Of a DNA stretch of 64,000 bases, positions 57,363 through 64,000 are shown piece by piece. The position numbers and the translations under genes are program-made. Under the pieces are notes generated by a model that did no database searches, had not been told where the DNA came from, and saw only the letters and a program-made list of their open reading frames with translations. How positions within the stretch are numbered: position 1 is the first letter of the stretch; each line of letters starts with the position of its first letter. Source of the DNA: an uncultured Clostridia bacterium (GTDB lineage: Bacteria > Bacillota > Clostridia > TANB77 > CAG-508); contig CANRGN010000004.1 of the NCBI GenBank assembly GCA_947630235.1, positions 3,458 through 67,457 on the forward strand. Direction: 5' to 3'.

Positions 57363-58560
57363 AAATACCGAAAAAGTACATTTTGGTTTTAATGTAATAG
57401 AAGATTTTAAAAAATTTATAGATGAACATCCTCAATTAGGGGCTCCAAAATATTTTTATTATCTAGCATATCCTATAGCAAAAGTGGAATTAGATATAAT
57501 GGAAAATGTTATAGAGAATTTTGAGGTATTAGAAAAATATATTTTAACTTTTTTTATTTCGTCTTCAATAGATTTTAGTGATATAGAAAACATTACGGGA
57601 ATACCAAATGAAACTATAAAATCTGTTTGTAAAACATTACAAGTTACTGGTCAAATTGATAATGACTTTAAAATTACTAAATTAGGAAGAAAATCTTTGA
57701 AAGAAAGTAAGAAATATACAAATGTAAAAAGAAGAATGATGGTTTTAGTAGATGGAGTTACTGGTGTTATTTTAGACGAAAGTTCTATATATGAGAAGTT
57801 TATGAAAGAGGGACAAGTTACAGCTTATAAAAAAGTACCAATGCTAATTCCAAAGGAAAACTTTACGGAAGAAAATTTTTCACAATTTTATGAAAATTTA
57901 AATTTTAATGATGAAGATGTTATATCAACAAATTTTGATTCAATAAATAGAGCTAATCCAATAGGTTTGTATTATATTCCTCTTTATTTTGTGGGGTTCG
58001 AAAATTTAAAATCACCACTTCTACTAAAAGAGTTTAATAAAAAATTTGCTCCAGTATATATAGTAGAAGATGATAGAGAATTATTTAGAGAAAAATGTTT
58101 GTGTGTAAGTAATAAAAATATAGATTTATTAGAAAAAGTGCTTAAAGAAATTTCTTCATATTATAATAAAAAAGAATTAAAATCTTTCTTAAAGGAAATA
58201 GATGGTGTTAGTTTAGAAAATGAATCTTTTGTAAGACATGTAAAAGCTGGTAAGAAAATATCAGGTAAAGAATATTCTGTACCAGACGAATATATAGGAG
58301 AAAATGAATACTCAGAATATCCTGTGCCTTTAGAATATGTAAATGGTTATATATTTTATTTTCAAAAGGATTATCAAGAACCAGAGAATGATTCTGATAC
58401 TGAAGATGAAAATAATAATAATGAAAATGGAGATAATGAAATTGATGAAAATAGTGATGGAATTGAAGATAATAAAGAAAATTCAGAAAACAATGAAATA
58501 AAAGTAAATGATAATGAGAGTGATGAAATAGAATCTGATGAAAACAAGGAGGAAAATTAG
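57340..58560 (+). CDS. Hypothetical protein with a putative winged-helix segment and a long Asp/Glu/Asn-rich C-terminal tail
   Basis: RBS aaaggagg lies 8 nt before TTG 57340. The track start at 57319 is in the same frame. The gene overlaps the helicase stop by 23 nt. A wHTH-like stretch is FEVLEKYILTFF...IENITGIPNETIKSVCKTLQVTGQI, and the tail is ENDSDTEDENNNNENGDNEIDEN.... Confidence 0.6.
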   Translation: MSKKSKNKNTEKVHFGFNVIEDFKKFIDEHPQLGAPKYFYYLAYPIAKVELDIMENVIENFEVLEKYILTFFISSSIDFSDIENITGIPNETIKSVCKTLQVTGQIDNDFKITKLGRKSLKESKKYTNVKRRMMVLVDGVTGVILDESSIYEKFMKEGQVTAYKKVPMLIPKENFTEENFSQFYENLNFNDEDVISTNFDSINRANPIGLYYIPLYFVGFENLKSPLLLKEFNKKFAPVYIVEDDRELFREKCLCVSNKNIDLLEKVLKEISSYYNKKELKSFLKEIDGVSLENESFVRHVKAGKKISGKEYSVPDEYIGENEYSEYPVPLEYVNGYIFYFQKDYQEPENDSDTEDENNNNENGDNEIDENSDGIEDNKENSENNEIKVNDNESDEIESDENKEEN

Positions 58561-58562
58561 TT

Positions 58563-58973
58563 ATGGATATTCTTCTTATATTACTAAAATTTTTTCTTCA
58601 GTTTTGTCTTATATGTTTGGGATTTTGTGTTGGATTGGTATGGTTATGTATAAAATTTGTTGCTAAGCTTATATGGAAGTTAATATTAAATATTCCAAAT
58701 ATATTAAAAGCTTTATTAGGCTTTTGTTGGAAATTGATAAAATCGATTGGTGCAGGAATTTGGAAATTAGTTTTAAAGATACCAGATGGTTTAAAATTTA
58801 TATTTTCAAAATTGTGGAATTTAATAAAATATATATTTTCACATATATGGACGGGGATAAAATTTGTATTTTCTCATATATGGATGGGAATAAAATTTGG
58901 TGCTAACTGGCTTTTGAATTTTATAAAGCGGAATTCCTGGTTATATAAAATTAGCTATATTATTTGTATATAA
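58563..58973 (+). CDS. Small membrane protein built from Trp-containing amphipathic repeats
   Basis: The ATG lies 2 nt after the previous stop, and its RBS aaggagg sits inside the upstream gene. An N-terminal TM helix is followed by repeats of the type (I/L)W(K/N)L(I/V)L.IP and IFSHIW.GIKF (the latter twice in tandem). Confidence 0.6.
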   Translation: MDILLILLKFFLQFCLICLGFCVGLVWLCIKFVAKLIWKLILNIPNILKALLGFCWKLIKSIGAGIWKLVLKIPDGLKFIFSKLWNLIKYIFSHIWTGIKFVFSHIWMGIKFGANWLLNFIKRNSWLYKISYIICI

Positions 58974-59010
58974 TATATATACTAAATATTTATTTGTAGT
59001 TAGCCCGCAA

Positions 59011-60129
59011 ATGATTGCATTTTGGGTAGTAGTAACTTTAATAGTTATAATAAGTATTATAAGAGATAAAGAACTTAATTTTTTTGAAATGATATGTTTT
59101 GGAATATTGTTTTTTTCAATTGGACTATTTTTACCAGGTATTTTGCCTTTTACTTTAAGTGTTCACTGTATGGCTATTAAGAATATATGGATACCAGTAT
59201 TAGTATTTTTTATAATTGCAATATTGTCTTTCTTAAGTATAATTTTTACAGAAAAAGATATTCTTTTAAGAAATTATCTTCCTGTATTTTTTAGTTATCT
59301 TGTTGCCAGTGAACTTATAGAATTTATATTTAATGATAATATGGCATTTAAAATTTTAAGATCTGTATTAGTAACCATAAGTTTTGCAAATTTATATGTT
59401 ATTATTGAAAAAAAAGTTTATTTTAAATTTTTTAATTTTATTATGATAGGGATTACATCATATCTATATGTTTTTGGTTACAAATTATTTTTTATACCTT
59501 TGATATTTTTATTTTTAAAAGAAACATATTTTCATTTAGCAAATTTTGAAGGCAGTTTGAAAAATAATCATGAAAGATTTAAAGTTTTACATTGGATAAT
59601 GTTTTTATTAAATTTAGGAAGCTTACATTTTGTTAATTGTTATCTTAAAGGTTCAAAATTATTAAGTATTTCTAATGGTGAAATATTATTATTAAGTGTT
59701 TATTTTATAATAATATTTAAATATTTTTCTATAAAAATCAGAATAGAAAAAATTTCTAATAATTTAGAAAATAAATTAGTAAGTATTAATGAATTGAATA
59801 GTACATATTCTGTAGCTAATGTAAAAATTAAATTAGATATAAATTATGTAGATGGTTATATTTTGTACAATATAAATGAAAAAAAATTATATATTATTAC
59901 TGGTAATGAATTTGCAGAAGATTTTCTTGATTATGCATTAGTAATAGATAATATTGAAAAAGTATACCAAAGAAATAGAATATATATTATTAAAAATTCT
60001 TTAAATCAAGAAATAATGGTTGATGATATTAATAATTCGATTAATAAGAACTTTTTTGGAAATATTCTTCTTGAAGAAAGTATTGAAGAAAGTGAATTAT
60101 TTGATTTAAAAAATGTTTTATATAATTAA
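59011..60129 (+). CDS. Polytopic membrane protein (about 8 predicted TM helices) with a soluble C-terminal domain of about 120 aa
   Basis: 372-codon ORF, co-directional, 37 nt after the previous gene. The start has a weak or absent RBS, so the start is uncertain. Confidence 0.55.
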   Translation: MIAFWVVVTLIVIISIIRDKELNFFEMICFGILFFSIGLFLPGILPFTLSVHCMAIKNIWIPVLVFFIIAILSFLSIIFTEKDILLRNYLPVFFSYLVASELIEFIFNDNMAFKILRSVLVTISFANLYVIIEKKVYFKFFNFIMIGITSYLYVFGYKLFFIPLIFLFLKETYFHLANFEGSLKNNHERFKVLHWIMFLLNLGSLHFVNCYLKGSKLLSISNGEILLLSVYFIIIFKYFSIKIRIEKISNNLENKLVSINELNSTYSVANVKIKLDINYVDGYILYNINEKKLYIITGNEFAEDFLDYALVIDNIEKVYQRNRIYIIKNSLNQEIMVDDINNSINKNFFGNILLEESIEESELFDLKNVLYN

Positions 60130-60131
60130 TT

Positions 60132-60176
60132 GTCAGATGGACGTAGCAGATTCTACTTCCATCTGACTACTTTTTT
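60132..60176 (+). terminator. Intrinsic terminator closing the six-gene operon
   Basis: gtcagatgga ...16 nt... tccatctgac followed by tactttttt. Confidence 0.8.
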
Positions 60177-60346
60177 GTATATTTTTTATATTTCTAAACA
60201 TATTATATATTATAATATTTCGTCAAATATTATATAGACTTTGGAGGTTTAAATCCACCTCTCTCGTGTTTAAAATATACCAACCATAAAGAAAATTTAA
60301 TAAAATGAAGTAATCATCTATATTACAGAGTTCCTTTTATATAGTG

Positions 60347-61702
60347 TTATCCTAGTAATCCAGTCATATATACTGGCAAATAGACTATTCCTTTTTCTTC
60401 TTTATAATCTCCTGTATGGATAATGTATGGAGTGTCTAAATATTGTTTGTATTTTTTTATAAATTTATTTAATGAATTTGTTGTATAATTTTTACCTGAT
60501 TTCACTTCTATTGGTGAAATATTATGCCTACTTGTAATTTTACTTTTTTGAACTAAAAAATCAATTTCCATTCTATCTAAGTTATTTTCTCTTGAAGAAT
60601 TCGAGTAAAAATACAAACCATTTCCATTTGAGACCAACATTTGTGCAACTATATTCTCCATGAACATTCCTTCATTGAACTCTAATTTGTCAAATAATAT
60701 TTTTTTATATATTTCTTCACTCATTATACCTTTTTCATCAAAAGTATGTGAAATTAATAGACCAGTATCCCCCATATAGCATTTCATTGATACTAAATCT
60801 GTATTCATTTTAAGACCAACATTTGGTTCTGTAGTGTTAAATGCATTGTTAACAATCATGCTATCATTTAACCAAAAAATGGCATCATCATAATCTCTAT
60901 ATTTTGCACCTTTTTCTATTGATGCTAGTTTAAATTTTTTTTCATGTTTTTGTAATTGCGAAGGAATTTGATTGAATATACTTCTTACTTTTAAAGAATA
61001 ACCTCCTGTATGTTTTGCAATATCATCTTTATATAAATCCAATATTATTCTTTTTTGTCTATCAACTTGATTAAAATCTTTTGTTTTTGCAAATATTTCA
61101 ACTGCTTGAGGCATTCCTCCAACTAACATATATTGTCTAAATAAATCCATTGCCTTTCTGTGTATTAGCTGACCTACTTCTTTTTTATCACCATACAACT
61201 TTTTTATTGTTGGCATAAGAGTATTATCACCAAGCGCCCATAAGAATTCTTCAAAATCTAATGGATACATTTTTATATGTTCTTCTTCAGATGGGATTAA
61301 AATATCTTTTACATTTTCTTTTATAGAAATTAATGAGCCAGTTTCTATATAGTCATATCTTCCATCTGCAACTAAGTGTTTTATTGCTGATCTTGCTCTT
61401 GGAAACAATTGAACTTCATCTAAAATAATTAAGCTATCTCGTTTATATAGCTGTACTGAAAAGTATGTAGATAGCATCATAAAAAATGTGTCTAAATCGT
61501 CTAAATATTGATTAAATAAGTCTTTTACTTTGTCATTTGCTTTACTAAAATCTATTAGTATATATGATCTATAATTATTTTTTGCAAATTCTTCTGCAAT
61601 ATAACTTTTTCCAACACGTCTTGCACCTTCTATTAAAAGTGCAGTTTTTCCACTGCTTTGTTTTTTCCATTCTACTAACTTATCATATACCTTCCTTTTC
61701 AT
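60347..61702 (-). CDS. AAA-family ATPase of the AAA_14/DUF4143 type
   Basis: Walker A EGARRVGKS and Walker B IILDEVQ. The overall length and the C-terminal IDF...EVK motif are typical of DUF4143 ATPases. RBS ggagg lies 9 nt before ATG 61702. The track start at 61744 lacks an RBS. Confidence 0.75.
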   Translation of the reverse strand: MKRKVYDKLVEWKKQSSGKTALLIEGARRVGKSYIAEEFAKNNYRSYILIDFSKANDKVKDLFNQYLDDLDTFFMMLSTYFSVQLYKRDSLIILDEVQLFPRARSAIKHLVADGRYDYIETGSLISIKENVKDILIPSEEEHIKMYPLDFEEFLWALGDNTLMPTIKKLYGDKKEVGQLIHRKAMDLFRQYMLVGGMPQAVEIFAKTKDFNQVDRQKRIILDLYKDDIAKHTGGYSLKVRSIFNQIPSQLQKHEKKFKLASIEKGAKYRDYDDAIFWLNDSMIVNNAFNTTEPNVGLKMNTDLVSMKCYMGDTGLLISHTFDEKGIMSEEIYKKILFDKLEFNEGMFMENIVAQMLVSNGNGLYFYSNSSRENNLDRMEIDFLVQKSKITSRHNISPIEVKSGKNYTTNSLNKFIKKYKQYLDTPYIIHTGDYKEEKGIVYLPVYMTGLLG

Positions 61703-61740
61703 AACACGATTCCTCCAATACATATATCTATTTATATGAT

Positions 61741-61866
61741 ACACTTTTTCAAGATTTATTTCAAGTACATTTTACACCTTTTCAAAGTTTTTATACAACA
61801 TTTTTTACACCTTTTCAAGGTTTTTATATAACATTTTTTTACACCTTTTCGAGATTTTTGACAAAA
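61741..61866. repeat. Three to four tandem 31-34-bp repeats upstream of the ATPase gene, each carrying TTGAAAAGGTGTAAAA on the minus strand
   Basis: attttacaccttttcaaagtttttatacaac / attttttacaccttttcaaggtttttatataac / atttttttacaccttttcgagatttttgac. On the minus strand adjacent units form TTGAAA, 17 nt, TATAAA. Confidence 0.8.
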
Positions 61867-62364
61867 AATGCCTTTTGCGGAGCTATGTTCTTAGAGCATG
61901 GCTCTATTTTTCTTTTTATATAAAAACTATAAAGAAATATTATCAAATATATATATATATTTGTTCTAGATGGTAATTTATTTAGATTTCCTTCTTCTAA
62001 ATCTGTTTCTAAAATTTTTTCATGTGTATCATATAATTTAGGTGAACTAGAAATTGGAATTACTATTTTCAATTTTCTTTCTTCTATTTCATTTTTATTA
62101 TTCAAATTTCAGTATATGTATATAATAAAAACAAATATTCTTGAAAGTCAATAGGATTTTTTACATTTATATTGACGTTCCTTTGGCTACTTTTGATTAA
62201 TAAGGAAATTTTTAGTGCAATTTTTGAATTATGTTACAGAAATGTTACAAAAATACATATGAAAAATTGTGTAAACATAATAAGTAAAATGTAATGAAAA
62301 AATAATAAAATGGCATAAAAAGATGAATCCGTAAGCCTATATAATTTAATGAAAAATAAGGGTA

Positions 62365-62393
62365 TTAACAAACAAAGTTTTTTGTGGTATAAT
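62365..62393 (+). promoter_or_regulatory. Sigma-A promoter of leader cassette B
   Basis: TTAACA, 17 nt, then TGgTATAAT. The surrounding sequence gggtattaacaaacaaagttttttgtggtat is identical to cassette A. Confidence 0.65.
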
Positions 62394-62506
62394 AAAAGAG
62401 TAAGATAAGATTTTTTATAAAAATTGATAATATTTTACTTTATATATAACAAGTAAAATTAAAATTGCATAACAAAAGAAAAATATAGAAATACAAAGGA
62501 GAAAAA

Positions 62507-62608
<102 letters not shown>

Positions 62609-62643
62609 TACCCTTTAAAAGAAGAAAAAAATATAAAAATTTA

Positions 62644-62670
62644 GGTTAGGCAATTTTGTCTAGCTTTTTT
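62644..62670 (+). terminator. Intrinsic terminator of leader cassette B
   Basis: ggttaggc-aatttt-gtctagc(t) followed by a T6 run. It is homologous to the terminator at 13632. Confidence 0.65.
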
Positions 62671-62950
62671 GTGATGTTTAAAAATATCAAAATATAAAGA
62701 AAAATATAGTGATGATAAAAATATAGCTAAGGATTGAGATTCGATTATTAGATATAGATAGCTATTTTTTATTCGATATGGAATTTGTTTACTAAAATAT
62801 CGGAATTTTAAATAATCAACTTATTTGAGTTTTTAATGTATATAGATTATGTTTATACTCTTTTGCTATTTATGAAAGTGTATATGTAAAGGTTTATAGG
62901 TAAAGCCATTATTAAAAACCTAAATATGTTATACAAGGATTGGTGATAAT

Positions 62951-64000
62951 ATGAAAAAGAACAGTAGAAAAGTATTAATAGTAACATGGATTTTAGTGGT
63001 GATAGTTATATTAGTTGTATGTGTAGTGGTAGTAATGAAAAATAATCAATGGTTTGGAAGAGAAGAAGTAACTAAAACTGCTAATGGGGGAAAGGCAGAT
63101 ATGTTGGCGGATACATATGAAGATGCGACTGAAAATAAAAAATCTAACCCAGATGCAGAAACAAAGAAAAAAATAATGGAAGAATTATCAAAAGGATGGG
63201 ATTATAGTAAAGTAACAGCTGTTGAAGTAAAAATTAGTAGTAATAATACTGATGGAAGTGAAAGTAATGTAGTAAACAGTGAGAAAAATGGTGAAACAGA
63301 AACAATGAAAATTCCTGTTCCAGTAGGATATACAGCATCACAAATAGAAGGAGAGAATACAGTTGATGGCGGATTTGTAATATATGAAGGAAGCGAATCT
63401 GTAACGTCTGATAATAAAGAAACAGCACAAAAAGAAAGAAACCAATGGGTATGGGTGCCAGTATATAATCCAAGTGATATGTATGGAGTAGATAGTAATG
63501 GAAAAATGTGTGGAAAATTATATAATTTTGATAGCAATGGAAGAACTAATGATAATTGGTCTGAGAAAGAGGGAAAAATAAATATAACAAGTAAAACTGG
63601 TGATAGAGAGCCTGACTTGTTAAGTAGTTATGATAAAGATGATTATCTATCAAGATATTTATCTGAAACAGATAAAGAACAGTTAGGTAAAGAATTAAAA
63701 AATACATTTGAAAAAACAATAGAAAGCATAAAAAAATATGGTGGCTTTTATATAGGGAGATATGAAACAGGTGGATTAAATGGAACAGCAAAGGTAGTAA
63801 AAGGAGATACAGATATATCAAGTCAAACATGGTATACAATGTATGAAAAATGTAAAGCATTAAAAGGTGAGAATAGAAATGTAGAAACAAGTATGATATG
63901 GGGATGCCAATGGGATAGAACATTGCAGTGGCTTGTGGATACGAAAACTAAAGAATATAAAGACGTAGGCTTAGATTCTATTGATTGGGGAAATTTTTTA
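62951..64000 (+). CDS. Membrane-anchored secreted protein, 3' end cut by the window edge; tentatively FGE-sulfatase-like domain
   Basis: ATG 62951, then 350 codons with no stop to the window end. There is an N-terminal TM helix. Motifs IPVPVGY, NQWVWVPV, GGFYIGRYE and MIWGCQWDRTLQWL are reminiscent of SUMF1/FGE-type domains. The ORF is absent from the ORF track only because it has no stop. Confidence 0.65.
   Translation, partial: MKKNSRKVLIVTWILVVIVILVVCVVVVMKNNQWFGREEVTKTANGGKADMLADTYEDATENKKSNPDAETKKKIMEELSKGWDYSKVTAVEVKISSNNTDGSESNVVNSEKNGETETMKIPVPVGYTASQIEGENTVDGGFVIYEGSESVTSDNKETAQKERNQWVWVPVYNPSDMYGVDSNGKMCGKLYNFDSNGRTNDNWSEKEGKINITSKTGDREPDLLSSYDKDDYLSRYLSETDKEQLGKELKNTFEKTIESIKKYGGFYIGRYETGGLNGTAKVVKGDTDISSQTWYTMYEKCKALKGENRNVETSMIWGCQWDRTLQWLVDTKTKEYKDVGLDSIDWGNFL

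Noticed and set aside
828-58906. Other short overlapping ORFs from the track: 828..1013, 4561..4770(-), 6431..6691(-), 10451..10642(-), 10551..10733, 12519..12842, 26830..27018(-), 29994..30188, 30925..31158(-), 31501..31704(-), 34531..34737(-), 34836..35334(-), 37297..39325(-), 43438..43635(-), 43838..44053(-), 46486..46722(-), 54058..54294(-) and 58673..58906.
   Set aside because: Each is nested in or antisense to a gene with clear homology or motif support. None has a convincing RBS or a recognisable domain.
51598-60129. PLD (HxKxxxxD) or other nuclease motifs that would classify the island as Mokosh-like or Nhi-like.
   Set aside because: Scanning the six translations by eye found H-x-K strings (for example HKKLKEYQ and HVKAGKKI), but none has the required downstream Asp and G(S/T)xN context. 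Profile searches are needed for certainty.
7589-61744. Longer N-terminal extensions proposed by the ORF track: 7589, 11832, 35795, 43224(-), 43488, 46850, 5006 and 61744(-).
   Set aside because: Internal starts at 7625, 11895, 35942, 43062, 43497, 46862, 5021 and 61702 have properly spaced Shine-Dalgarno sequences and begin at the expected conserved N-termini. The extensions are low-complexity or overlap upstream genes.
61741-61866. The tandem repeats as a CRISPR array.
   Set aside because: The units abut each other without unique spacers. There are only 3-4 imperfect copies and no cas genes nearby.
61839-62105. 88-aa minus-strand ORF.
   Set aside because: It has no RBS, and its 3' part is made of the tandem 31-34-bp repeats. 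It is probably non-coding, or at most a gene remnant.
63202-63923. Minus-strand ORFs 63202..63537, 63234..63473 and 63546..63923.
   Set aside because: They lie antisense to a + strand frame that is open for 350 codons from ATG 62951 to the window end and has a TM anchor and recognisable motifs. That + ORF is missing from the track only because it has no stop.

Overview
Very AT-rich chromosomal segment (roughly 25-30% G+C by eye) from a Clostridia-type Firmicute. Supporting clues are spoIIE, (S/P)PxTG sortase sorting signals of the Clostridioides SrtB type, and the gdpP-rplI-dnaB order. Nearly all genes are on the + strand. I saw no rRNA, tRNA or CRISPR array.

Housekeeping backbone: spoIIE (split by a 1-nt frameshift), acpS, tatD, lemA, a DUF84 NTPase, rpoB-rpoC (without the usual flanking ribosomal-protein genes), gdpP-rplI-dnaB, tilS and ftsH.

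Three accessory layers are interleaved with it.

1. A two-part TasA/camelysin-like plus SipW locus (13.8-24.8 kb and 33.5-42.4 kb), split by rpoBC. It has six small TasA-like paralogues with the SipW-cognate signal-peptide motif, although AYFTD itself is exact in only one of them. One paralogue also carries an SPKTG sortase signal and one carries an in-frame TAA. There is a single sipW and two giant adhesins: 2692 aa with Cna-B and BspA-type LRR domains, and about 2140 aa with Flg_new repeats, new roughly 80-aa modules and beta-helix-like repeats, the latter split by a 1-nt frameshift.

2. A terminator-insulated six-gene operon (51.6-60.1 kb): pseudokinase, Hanks-type Ser/Thr kinase, Upf1-like SF1 helicase, wHTH/acidic protein and two membrane proteins. 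I could not assign it to a described system, and it is my best candidate for an undescribed defence or conflict system.

3. Two paralogous promoter / mini-ORF / terminator leader cassettes (about 13.3-13.7 kb and 62.3-62.7 kb) in front of surface-protein operons. The second carries an in-ORF (AC)23 microsatellite, and its repeat number sets whether the ribosome stops before or inside the terminator stem. This looks like a phase-variable attenuator.

Other items: an internally deleted group II intron relic directly behind an intrinsic terminator, several tandem repeats, and many intrinsic terminators and sigma-A-like promoters.

All functional calls come from motif recognition by eye. No database search was run.
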